DNA of 64,000 bases from a virus. The first letter of the stretch is position 1; every line of letters starts with the position of its first letter. Below the pieces are notes generated by a model. It ran no database searches. It was not told the origin of the DNA and saw nothing but the letters and a program-made list of their open reading frames with translations. Shown here one piece after another: positions 9,888 through 17,210 of this stretch. The stretch covers positions 1-64,000 of IMG/VR virus record IMGVR_UViG_3300032770_000013, one strand, 5' to 3'. Made by a program: the position numbers and the translations under genes.

Positions 9888-10982
9888 CTAGGCTCCAAAT
9901 CCAAGTGGGCCGTTGAACGCTGCGCTATCTTCAGCCGACGGTTCAGGCTGCTCTACAAGTTGGAAGCCAGAACGATCTGCCGTTGCTGGCGACCATGCCT
10001 CAATGATTCTCGTGACGGTTTCCACGTCTTTGATCCAGAACGGAACGCCGCGCTGATTCGTGATGCTGATGGCATCAACACGCTGGCCGCGCGCTTCTGT
10101 CGTATGCAACGTCAAACCGACGAAACGGCCGTCCCCAAGCGGGATTGCGCCGTCTTTGATCTCGTCAAATGTCGTGCAGCGGCCGAAGTTTTCGATCTCA
10201 GCCAGTAACCGCGCAGTGCGAGCTTCTGGCAAGGTTGCATGGCCTCCTAGATCAATGGCATTTTTCTGGATGTGGATTCGCGCGCGGTAGGCATCACCAT
10301 GAAGGTAGACGCCGTGATAACCACTGCGATTGGCACGATGAATTGGCTTATTGTGGCCGTTCTCACTTTTGGTCGCTGGACGAAGATTGCTCCAACGATT
10401 GTCGGCTTTATCGCCATTAATGTGGTCAACTTCGTGCTCTGGCCACTCGCCAGTCATGTAGAAAAAAGCAAGCGAGTGCTCAAGGTACTTTTTGTAATCA
10501 AGGCCGATCTGCCGATAACCAAGACCGTGATGACCCCCGGCGCGGTCGCCAATATTTGCAATCGATGAGTTCACGCGCCACGTAAACCAACCAGTCGCAG
10601 GTTCGTAGTGCAATAGCTCTTTAAGTCGCTCCTGCGTCAGCTGGCGCCTTTTGATGGCACCTTTGTGCTCATCCTGGACAAACAGATTCGCAATGCGATT
10701 GTCGGTCTTGCTTCCGTTGAGATATTTGATGCGGCCGCACGGCCATTCCCCCTTGACATAAAGCCAAGCAAGGACGCCGGCATTGTAGTTAGTCGCATCA
10801 ACAGAAATCATCGTGTATCCCAATGTGCTGATCCTGCCAGCACCAACTTTCCCGTGTTTGCGATCAGAGCCAGACCAAGTCCGTGGCTGTTGACGTCGAA
10901 CAAAAACGCCTGTCTCCGGATCGTAGTGAAACAACTCCTTCAATCGGTCCTGCGTTGGCCTAAGCCCAATTTCCTTTGCCAT
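9888..10982 (-). CDS. HNH homing endonuclease (tandem HNH modules plus AP2-like domain)
   Basis: Two TQxRLKELxHYxPxTG modules; VDHINGDKADNRWSNLR. Confidence 0.85.
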   Translation of the reverse strand: MAKEIGLRPTQDRLKELFHYDPETGVFVRRQQPRTWSGSDRKHGKVGAGRISTLGYTMISVDATNYNAGVLAWLYVKGEWPCGRIKYLNGSKTDNRIANLFVQDEHKGAIKRRQLTQERLKELLHYEPATGWFTWRVNSSIANIGDRAGGHHGLGYRQIGLDYKKYLEHSLAFFYMTGEWPEHEVDHINGDKADNRWSNLRPATKSENGHNKPIHRANRSGYHGVYLHGDAYRARIHIQKNAIDLGGHATLPEARTARLLAEIENFGRCTTFDEIKDGAIPLGDGRFVGLTLHTTEARGQRVDAISITNQRGVPFWIKDVETVTRIIEAWSPATADRSGFQLVEQPEPSAEDSAAFNGPLGFGA

Positions 10983-11049
10983 TTCTTTTCTCCACTTAAT
11001 CACCTATTCGGTGAATGTAGCATGAGAAAAGATAATCACAAGAGAAAAC

Positions 11050-11976
11050 TCAAGCAGTAGGTGCTGTGCCCCAAATGCTTCTCGGATCGTTATACGAAAA
11101 GCTGTATCTCTCCCAGCCTTTCACCAATAGGTTGTCCGTGGTGAAGTCCACCTGCATGTCGATCTCGAACGGCTCGCGCTCGAGATATAGAAGTCCCGGC
11201 TGATCGGTCTTGATGTACCAAGGATACGGGGAGGTGAAGAACACGTCCTTGACGTAATCCGTGATACCGCCGGCGGTGGACGGGATGACGTTGGGATCGT
11301 TCTGAGACGTTCCCGGCCGGAGTTCGGCGCGGAGCAGTCGGAGAGCGACCGGTTCGTTGTTCGGATGGATGACCAGCGTCTTGCCGGTTGCCATCATACG
11401 CAGACCGGCGTTGTCGTAGAAGCCGGTCTGGATCGAAATCATGCCGTTGAGCAGCGATGATTCGTTCAGGTCGACGTCAACGGTCGGCCGATTGGCCCAG
11501 GTCGACGGCCCACTGCCGCCCGCAGGAAGCGGGTGAGCGGTATTGATGAGCGACACGCCGTCGCCGCCGATGGTCTGATCGTAGACGGTCGAGTTATTGA
11601 AGACCGCGGCGCCATAGATTTCCTTGGTCTGCGCAAACGAACGCTGCAAGCCGAGGTTCGAGGGCCGGAACTGCGCCTTGTAGAGGTTGTCCGAGATCGT
11701 GTTGCGGGTGATGGCGTAGCCCAGACCGATGCCGGTATGAAGCTGGTTGTAGATGAACGCCTCGCCGGCGCCGTTGTCGAAGGAAGTCTGGCCGCCGTCT
11801 GTCTTCAACTGAGCCAGCGGCAGGAAGCGCATCGAAGGCGTGCGTTCCTGCGCCATCTCCGACTTGCCTTGGTCGAAGAGCTTGGGCCAGATCGAAGGCC
11901 ACTGCTTGTATTCGCCCGTGACGCCGCGGAGGCCGGGCAGGAGAAGGTCGCGAATCGCGGCAACGTTGATAGCCAT
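11050..11976 (-). CDS. Major capsid protein
   Basis: 308 aa, MAINVAAIRDLLLPGL start, ERYSF..DPR end, strongly GC3-biased codons. Confidence 0.85.
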   Translation of the reverse strand: MAINVAAIRDLLLPGLRGVTGEYKQWPSIWPKLFDQGKSEMAQERTPSMRFLPLAQLKTDGGQTSFDNGAGEAFIYNQLHTGIGLGYAITRNTISDNLYKAQFRPSNLGLQRSFAQTKEIYGAAVFNNSTVYDQTIGGDGVSLINTAHPLPAGGSGPSTWANRPTVDVDLNESSLLNGMISIQTGFYDNAGLRMMATGKTLVIHPNNEPVALRLLRAELRPGTSQNDPNVIPSTAGGITDYVKDVFFTSPYPWYIKTDQPGLLYLEREPFEIDMQVDFTTDNLLVKGWERYSFSYNDPRSIWGTAPTA

Positions 11977-11979
11977 GGT

Positions 11980-12597
11980 TCAGACCCCCAACAGCGACTT
12001 GTATTGCTGATTGTTCATCGACACGACGACGTAGTTGTAGGGCGTCGTCAGATCGGTGCCGTTCGCACCAGGCGGCGTGTTGATGACGTTGACCACCTTG
12101 AACGGAAGCGTGTTCGTGGTGGTTGGCGTCGAAAGCGACATGCCCGAAATACCGGTCGAGGTATTTCCAGTCGGCGCGGCTACGATATCCGCCGTTCGAC
12201 CGATACTGGTTTGGGTAATCGCGGAGCCGATACCGGCTTGAACCTTGAATTGCTGGTTTGGGTCGTCGATCACATAAGCGTTGACATCCCCGATGGCGTC
12301 CGAGCCTGCCGGGAAGTACCGCTTGAAGACCGTGCCGCCATAACTCGCCGAGTAGTAGGAGCACCCGACGAAGATGCCGACCAAGATCTGGGTGGCCGTC
12401 GATCCGTCACCATTCGCCCACTGCTCAATGTAGCCGGTCGGACCGGACACATTCATGCGAACAGCATCGCCAAAGAAGATTTGCGTGCCGTAAGCAGCAG
12501 CGATTCGATAAGGTGGATTGTGATTTTCCGCGAAATTAGGCGGACCACTGTTTGTCCCCCAAGCAGCAAAGCCAAAGGGAGCTAGGGTATTAGCCAT
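11980..12597 (-). CDS. Capsid decoration/stabilising protein
   Basis: MANTLAPFGF start, VGIFVGCSY and DDP motifs; immediately upstream of the capsid gene. Confidence 0.7.
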   Translation of the reverse strand: MANTLAPFGFAAWGTNSGPPNFAENHNPPYRIAAAYGTQIFFGDAVRMNVSGPTGYIEQWANGDGSTATQILVGIFVGCSYYSASYGGTVFKRYFPAGSDAIGDVNAYVIDDPNQQFKVQAGIGSAITQTSIGRTADIVAAPTGNTSTGISGMSLSTPTTTNTLPFKVVNVINTPPGANGTDLTTPYNYVVVSMNNQQYKSLLGV

Positions 12598-12850
12598 CGC
12601 AAATCGGCCCCAGTCTTGGCTTGGTCTGTGCCAGCGTGGCGCAGGTTCGGCCTAGAGGTCTGCCATCGCAGCGTGCGACAGCGCTCAAACTGTGTTGCGG
12701 ATTTGCCGTGCCCAGCCCGGGCTTGGCGCCTTCCCTTCAGCGGACCAATCCTGCGCGTGAGGATGGTTGCTGCTTCGACACACACAGCATGGTGTGTCGG
12801 TAATGGGCGTGCACGCTAATGGTAGTTCCGGGTGTTTGTCAAGCGGCAAC

Positions 12851-12880
12851 AAAAAAGCCGCCCCCGTTTCCGAGAGCGGC
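12851..12880 (-). terminator. Intrinsic terminator
   Basis: GCCGCTCTCG-GAAA-CGGGGGCGGC-TTTTTT. Confidence 0.8.
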
Positions 12881-12885
12881 AGCAG

Positions 12886-13413
12886 TTATCTTAGGTTTGT
12901 GAAGTCCCAGTAGCCATAGACGCACCGCCCGCCAATTTCAGTCCATACACCATTTTTATTTCGACCTTGATTGGCCTTCAGTTCTTGTCCGCGGTCTGGC
13001 TCAAACATCCAGCTTTTATCGCGCCGCGGGTCATATGTGTCGTGGATATTGCCGTCGATAACAGCCGTGTAATGTCTGCTGACGGACACTACGAGCCGCC
13101 CCATCGGCAATTCTCCATCGGCCAGATGAACCTTGCAGCCCTGACCGATCTTCATGCAGGAAACCCATCGCACTCTCGGGTTCAACTCATAAGCCAATTT
13201 GTGAGCCGTTGCCTTAAAGACCCCGGTTCTAGCTGCTGAGATTTTACGCTTGCGTTTGCCAAGCCGCTCCGACTTTGCCAACTCATTGATGAGGTCGTAA
13301 ACCTCTGAGTATGGCCGCTCGGCAGCTATGGCAAATGCTCGAGCACAACAGTCTCCCGTACTTCCTTGGAAGCCGCTTGCAGCACGGCCCCCATCGTCGT
13401 AAAGATGACGCAT
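12886..13413 (-). CDS. Conserved phage hypothetical protein
   Basis: 175 aa; GDCCARAFAIA and HYTAVIDG..HDTYD motifs; own promoter and terminator. Confidence 0.7.
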   Translation of the reverse strand: MRHLYDDGGRAASGFQGSTGDCCARAFAIAAERPYSEVYDLINELAKSERLGKRKRKISAARTGVFKATAHKLAYELNPRVRWVSCMKIGQGCKVHLADGELPMGRLVVSVSRHYTAVIDGNIHDTYDPRRDKSWMFEPDRGQELKANQGRNKNGVWTEIGGRCVYGYWDFTNLR

Positions 13414-13425
13414 TGGTTCTTCTCC

Positions 13426-13496
13426 ACAATGTCAAACAACCCGGCGGCTCCAACCGCCGGGTCACCCGGTCATCGAGTGACAATCGCATTATAGCA
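13426..13496 (-). promoter_or_regulatory. Extended -10 promoter, hairpin and boxA-like site
   Basis: TGcTATAAT (13488-13496); hairpin CCCGGCGG/CCGCCGGG; TGTTTGACATTGT. Confidence 0.55.
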
Positions 13497-13689
13497 AATC
13501 GACTTTTGGGATTTTCGGATTTGACGTGTCAGCGGCGCAAGTAATGCCGATGGCTTAAGGCTTTCTTTACGCGAGCCGAAAAACTTGACACGATAAAATC
13601 GTATCTAATCGCATCTATCTAACAAACTGCGAGCGCAGAAACCCGCGCCGTTGCGATGTAACATTTCGTGAAGCGCCCAGAAAAAAGGA

Positions 13690-13764
13690 TGGCAAGGGAC
13701 CGGAGATTTGAACTCCGACTGCATGGTTTTGGAGACCAGCCGACTGCCGTTATCTTAGTCCCCT
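13690..13764 (-). tRNA. tRNA-Trp(CCA)
   Basis: Cloverleaf, CCA end. Confidence 0.9.
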
Positions 13765-13765
13765 A

Positions 13766-13837
13766 TGGTACTGCGTGAGGGTTACGATCCCTCTTGAGCC
13801 GGATTCACAGTCCGTCCCCTGTCCAACAGCACGCAGC
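13766..13837 (-). tRNA. tRNA-His(GTG)
   Basis: Cloverleaf with short D-arm, A73, no G-1. Confidence 0.85.
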
Positions 13838-13842
13838 ATATT

Positions 13843-13916
13843 TGGTAGCGCGCCCCGGTGACGATCCGGGCCAACCATCCTTATGAGAGACAGCCGTTCA
13901 CCAGCGAACGCGCGCT
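13843..13916 (-). tRNA. tRNA-Met(CAT)
   Basis: Cloverleaf, atypical T-loop. Confidence 0.8.
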
Positions 13917-13923
13917 GTAAATT

Positions 13924-13999
13924 TGGCAGCCGAGGTAGGTCTCGAACCCACAACCTTCAGATTCAAAGTCTGCTGCGCTACCAATTACGCCACTCGGCC
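13924..13999 (-). tRNA. tRNA-Gln(TTG)
   Basis: Cloverleaf, CCA end. Confidence 0.92.
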
Positions 14000-14003
14000 G
14001 TAT

Positions 14004-14078
14004 TGGCACCCCGTGCGGGTGTCGATCCCGCTTCTCCGGTTTGAAGGACCGGGATTCTAGCCGGTAAACTAACGGGGC
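14004..14078 (-). tRNA. tRNA-Glu(TTC)
   Basis: Cloverleaf, C33. Confidence 0.88.
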
Positions 14079-14083
14079 AAAAA

Positions 14084-14157
14084 TGGTGCGGGCTCGGGGA
14101 CTCGAACCCCGAACCTCTGGTTGGAAGCCAGATACGTTACCTTTACGCTAAGCCCGC
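14084..14157 (-). tRNA. tRNA-Gly(TCC)
   Basis: Cloverleaf, CCA end. Confidence 0.92.
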
Positions 14158-14243
14158 GGCGGAAAGCTGAGAGCACGATTCTCACACCCGAAGGTGCCCT
14201 TCGTTTAGCAAACGAGGACGGGATCCCACCCGCTTAGCTTTCC
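14158..14243 (-). tRNA. tRNA-Ser(GCT)
   Basis: Long variable arm; ends GCC directly against tRNA-Gly. Confidence 0.85.
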
Positions 14244-14247
14244 GTAT

Positions 14248-14324
14248 TGGTGATCTCGGGAAGACTCGAACTCCCACACAATCGTTTAGGAAACGATGGC
14301 TCTGTCCAGTTGAGCTACGAGACC
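14248..14324 (-). tRNA. tRNA-Arg(CCT)
   Basis: Cloverleaf, CCA end. Confidence 0.92.
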
Positions 14325-14325
14325 G

Positions 14326-14396
14326 TGGTCTGGCGAGGACTCGAACCTCGATCCAACGCTTAGAAGGCGTCGCTTTATCCCGTTAAGTACCAGACC
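14326..14396 (-). tRNA. tRNA-Arg(TCT)
   Basis: Cloverleaf; full CCA not encoded after the discriminator. Confidence 0.85.
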
Positions 14397-14401
14397 GTAT
14401 T

Positions 14402-14475
14402 TGGAGGAACAGGGGAGAATCAAACTCCCATACGCGGGGTTGCAATCCGCTGCATCATCACTCTGCCACTGTCCC
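14402..14475 (-). tRNA. tRNA-Cys(GCA)
   Basis: Cloverleaf, U73. Confidence 0.88.
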
Positions 14476-14479
14476 GTAT

Positions 14480-14553
14480 TGGCACCCCTTGATGGAATCG
14501 AACCACCCTCTGCTGGTTCAGAGCCAGCCGTCCTGCCGATGAACGAAAGGGGT
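14480..14553 (-). tRNA. tRNA-Gln(CTG)
   Basis: Cloverleaf, CCA end. Confidence 0.9.
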
Positions 14554-14557
14554 AGAT

Positions 14558-14633
14558 TGGTCTGGGTGCGGTGTTCTGCCCACCGTCCTTCTGGTTCCAA
14601 GCCAGAGACTCTTCTAGCACGAGCTTCACCCAG
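14558..14633 (-). tRNA. tRNA-Pro(TGG)
   Basis: Cloverleaf, atypical D- and T-loops. Confidence 0.8.
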
Positions 14634-14639
14634 ATAAAA

Positions 14640-14718
14640 TGGAGCACACGGGGAGAGTCGAACTCCCATTTTCCAGTTACGGTTCCAATGATTCGTAGTC
14701 ATGGCCGATTACGTGTGC
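14640..14718 (-). tRNA. Atypical D-armless tRNA-like gene, anticodon ACG (Arg)
   Basis: 7-bp acceptor stem, T-arm, anticodon arm and CCA; no D-arm; about 20-nt extra region. Confidence 0.65.
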
Positions 14719-14719
14719 A

Positions 14720-14794
14720 TGGAGCCGCCAGCGGGTTCCGACCCCGCTTCATTTGGTTGAGAACCAAATATCCTAGCCACTAGACGATGGCGGC
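14720..14794 (-). tRNA. tRNA-Glu(CTC)
   Basis: Cloverleaf, CCA end. Confidence 0.88.
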
Positions 14795-14798
14795 AAGT

Positions 14799-14882
14799 TG
14801 GCTGGAGAGGGAGGGATCGAACCTCCGCCACGATGGGGACTCCGGTTAACAGCCGGGCACATTACCGCTCTGTCACTCTCCA
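14799..14882 (-). tRNA. tRNA-Asn(GTT)
   Basis: Cloverleaf with extended variable region. Confidence 0.88.
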
Positions 14883-14883
14883 A

Positions 14884-14955
14884 TGGTGGAGAAACGGAGA
14901 ATCGAACTCCGAACGGCAGCCTTGCAAGGGGTGCCTGTGTCCCAACACTTTCCCC
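14884..14955 (-). tRNA. tRNA-Ala(TGC)
   Basis: G3:U70 pair, short D-arm. Confidence 0.85.
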
Positions 14956-14959
14956 GAAA

Positions 14960-15035
14960 TGGTGCCCGGTCGTGGTTTCGAGCCACGCTCTCCTGCTCTT
15001 CAGGCAGGCGCTTTCACCAGATTAGCTTACCAGGC
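14960..15035 (-). tRNA. tRNA-Phe(GAA)
   Basis: Cloverleaf, CCA end. Confidence 0.9.
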
Positions 15036-15036
15036 T

Positions 15037-15110
15037 TGGTGCGGACACGGGGAGTCGAACCCCGGCCACTTCGTTGGCAACGAAGGAGACTGCCGTAATC
15101 CTTTGTCCGC
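15037..15110 (-). tRNA. tRNA-Gly(GCC)
   Basis: Cloverleaf, CCA end. Confidence 0.9.
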
Positions 15111-15111
15111 A

Positions 15112-15197
15112 TGGTAGGCGAGGCAGGACTCGAACCTGCGAAGACCGAAGCCGAGGGTTTTACAGACCCTTGTCGTTGCCGCTTGAACTACTCGCCC
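15112..15197 (-). tRNA. tRNA-Tyr(GTA)
   Basis: Long variable arm, CCA end. Confidence 0.92.
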
Positions 15198-15202
15198 TTA
15201 AT

Positions 15203-15276
15203 TGGTTGCGCAGGCCAGAGTCGCACTGGCGTCTTCAGGTTATGAGCCTGATATGGAACTCCTCCACTACCGCGCG
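15203..15276 (-). tRNA. tRNA-Met(CAT), initiator-like
   Basis: C1:A72 mismatch. Confidence 0.82.
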
Positions 15277-15282
15277 TCAGTT

Positions 15283-15371
15283 TGGCGGAAACGTGAGGTC
15301 TTGATCCCCAATGGCTTGCGCCATCCATCTCGCTTCGAACGAGCGCCGAGCACTTGCCCAGTTACGTTTCC
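15283..15371 (-). tRNA. tRNA-Ser(CGA)
   Basis: Long variable arm, G73. Confidence 0.85.
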
Positions 15372-15376
15372 GTATT

Positions 15377-15463
15377 TGGCGGAAGGCTGAGAACATGATT
15401 CTCATACGTTGCCGTACCAGCCGCTTTCCAAGCGGTGCCGGAGCCCTGTCCGGTTAACCTTCC
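15377..15463 (-). tRNA. tRNA-Ser(GGA)
   Basis: Long variable arm, G73. Confidence 0.87.
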
Positions 15464-15467
15464 GTAT

Positions 15468-15552
15468 TGGCGGATGGCTGAGGTGTCGATCCCCATACCT
15501 TGCGGTACTACGAGTATTCAAAGCTCGCTGCCGGGCCGCCGGCAAACCATCC
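15468..15552 (-). tRNA. tRNA-Ser(TGA)
   Basis: Long variable arm, G73. Confidence 0.8.
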
Positions 15553-15557
15553 GTATT

Positions 15558-15634
15558 TGGCGTTCCCTCGGTGATTCGAACACCGGGCCTCGGGCTTCGG
15601 AAACCCGCGCTCTTTCCTGCTGAGCTAAGGGAAC
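15558..15634 (-). tRNA. tRNA-Arg(CCG)
   Basis: Cloverleaf, CCA end. Confidence 0.92.
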
Positions 15635-15948
15635 AAAATTCCCGCCTTTTCAATAAAGACAATCTGCTTGTCGTCCTTCAAGATCGTCGGCCCGCGGCCG
15701 CACTTTCCGTCGAGCGCTTGAAACAGCGCCGTGATGAGGTTGTCCAAGTCCGGCCCGGTCGGGTCGATAAACAGCGCCGATAAGGAAATCTGGTGCTTCA
15801 GTTGCACAAGGCCAGCTTCCTGTGCTGCTTTCCACAATTCCTCTCGATAGCGCTTTAGCACCTCGCGATGAACGCGGCGGTGCGGTGCGCCATGCACATA
15901 GACCGTCAGCAGGCGCCGTGGATGATCGTACTGAACCTTGCAGCGCAT
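15625..15948 (-). CDS. rusA: RusA-like Holliday junction resolvase inside the tRNA array
   Basis: PDLDNL...DG...KDDKQI motif; GAGG RBS before ATG at 15948. Confidence 0.75.
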   Translation of the reverse strand: MRCKVQYDHPRRLLTVYVHGAPHRRVHREVLKRYREELWKAAQEAGLVQLKHQISLSALFIDPTGPDLDNLITALFQALDGKCGRGPTILKDDKQIVFIEKAGILFP

Positions 15949-15960
15949 AATCGCCTCGTT

Positions 15961-16035
15961 TGGTGCTTGCGCCGGGATTCGAACCCAGGTCAAACGGTTA
16001 TGAGCCGTCGGCACTAGCCACTGTGCTACACAAGC
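15961..16035 (-). tRNA. tRNA with CAT anticodon, probably Ile2 (lysidine type)
   Basis: Cloverleaf; third CAT tRNA in the array; Ile2-like arms. Confidence 0.8.
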
Positions 16036-16038
16036 AAT

Positions 16039-16115
16039 TGGTCGGGGTGGCAGGCTTCGATCCTGCGACCACTCGCTTCCGAAGCGAGGACTCTACCTGG
16101 CTGAGCTACACCCCG
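16039..16115 (-). tRNA. tRNA-Pro(CGG)
   Basis: Cloverleaf, CCA end. Confidence 0.92.
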
Positions 16116-16121
16116 TTGAAT

Positions 16122-16196
16122 TGGCGCGACTGGCGGGTGCTGACCCCGCGTCCTTTCCCTTGACAGGGGAGTGCTCCACCGTTGAGCTACAGCCGC
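16122..16196 (-). tRNA. tRNA-Asp(GTC)
   Basis: Cloverleaf, G73. Confidence 0.88.
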
Positions 16197-16200
16197 ATTA

Positions 16201-16276
16201 TGGTGTGCATGGGGCGAATCGAACGCCCACTGAACAGCTTCTCAAGCTGGTCCCTCTGCCGTTGGGGTACATGCAC
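16201..16276 (-). tRNA. tRNA-Leu(GAG)
   Basis: Cloverleaf, short variable loop. Confidence 0.88.
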
Positions 16277-16279
16277 GTT

Positions 16280-16355
16280 TGGTAGACCACCGGGGATTCG
16301 AACCCCGACCTCAGGGATTAAGAGTCCCGCGCTCTGCCGTTGATGCTAGTGGTCT
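16280..16355 (-). tRNA. tRNA-Lys(CTT)
   Basis: Cloverleaf, CCA end. Confidence 0.9.
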
Positions 16356-16360
16356 GTGAA

Positions 16361-16443
16361 TGGCGAACCCCGGTGGTTTCGAGCCACTTGGCGACGGGTT
16401 AAAAGTCCGGTCCCTCTCCATTCGGGTTTAAGCCTCGGGGTCC
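16361..16443 (-). tRNA. tRNA-Lys(TTT), atypical
   Basis: About 8 extra nt between acceptor stem and D-stem. Confidence 0.75.
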
Positions 16444-16490
16444 AAAGACCCCGCGTTTGAGTGGGTCACTCATTTTTCGAGTTCCTTATT

Positions 16491-16564
16491 TGGTGCGCCA
16501 GTGAGGAATCGAACCTCCGTCCCACGGTTATCGGCCGCGTTCTCTGCCATTGAGATACAAGCGC
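16491..16564 (-). tRNA. tRNA-Ile(GAT)
   Basis: Cloverleaf, C33. Confidence 0.88.
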
Positions 16565-16570
16565 ATTTGT

Positions 16571-16645
16571 TGGTGCGTCGTCGGTGAGTTGAACACCGGA
16601 CCTTTTGCGTGTCGAGCAAACGTTCCACCGCTGAACTAACGACGC
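16571..16645 (-). tRNA. tRNA-Val(GAC)
   Basis: Cloverleaf, C33. Confidence 0.88.
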
Positions 16646-16646
16646 A

Positions 16647-16721
16647 TGGTAGGCGCTGAGAATTACGATATCTCGACCTTCGCGGTGTAAACGCGACGCT
16701 CTTCCTCTGAGCTAAGCGCCT
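16647..16721 (-). tRNA. tRNA-Val(TAC)
   Basis: Cloverleaf, CCA end. Confidence 0.88.
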
Positions 16722-16727
16722 GTAAAT

Positions 16728-16804
16728 TGGTGCCCTAGGCAGGCCACGATCCTGCACTGAAAAGGGTTTAAGCCTTCTCCCTCTGCCAATTGGGGTACTA
16801 GGGC
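16728..16804 (-). tRNA. tRNA-Leu(TAA)
   Basis: Cloverleaf, short variable loop. Confidence 0.88.
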
Positions 16805-16805
16805 G

Positions 16806-16881
16806 TGGTGCACGTCTGGCGATTTGAACGCCGACTGAACGGGGTTTGAAGCCGCTGCCTCTGCCATTGGGCTAGACGTGC
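16806..16881 (-). tRNA. tRNA-Leu(CAA)
   Basis: Cloverleaf; register matches the other Leu tRNAs. Confidence 0.82.
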
Positions 16882-16885
16882 AAAT

Positions 16886-16962
16886 TGGTAGCCTCGGGGA
16901 GATTCGAACTCCCAACGCATGCCTTCTGAGGGCATCGTCTCTGCCAATTGGACTACGAGGCC
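16886..16962 (-). tRNA. tRNA-Leu(CAG)
   Basis: Cloverleaf, short variable loop. Confidence 0.9.
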
Positions 16963-16967
16963 GTAAA

Positions 16968-17041
16968 TGGTGCCCTCTACAGGTTACGATCCTGTGTCCG
17001 CTCCTTACCAAAGAGCAATTCTGCCATTGAACTAAGAGGGC
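16968..17041 (-). tRNA. tRNA-Thr(GGT)
   Basis: Cloverleaf, CCA end. Confidence 0.88.
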
Positions 17042-17046
17042 GCGAT

Positions 17047-17121
17047 TGGTGCCGGCTGGGTGAATCGAACACCCGCACTCTGCTTACAAGACAGAACCTC
17101 TGCCACTAAGGATAAGCCGGC
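17047..17121 (-). tRNA. tRNA-Thr(TGT)
   Basis: Cloverleaf, CCA end. Confidence 0.9.
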
Positions 17122-17122
17122 A

Positions 17123-17196
17123 TGGTGCTGGTTCCGTGAATCGAACACGGGCAACCTTCTTACGAGGGAGGTGGACTGCCACTATCCTAAGCCAGC
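17123..17196 (-). tRNA. tRNA-Thr(CGT)
   Basis: Cloverleaf, CCA end. Confidence 0.9.
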
Positions 17197-17210
17197 CTGA
17201 AAATTTACAA

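Noticed and set aside
3787-12585. Long plus-strand ORFs (e.g. 4613-5746, 8569-9447, 11533-12585)
   Set aside because: They are antisense shadows of GC-rich structural genes with no recognisable motifs.
16806-16881. Possible opal (TCA) suppressor tRNA
   Set aside because: Register against the other three Leu tRNAs places CAA at positions 34-36.
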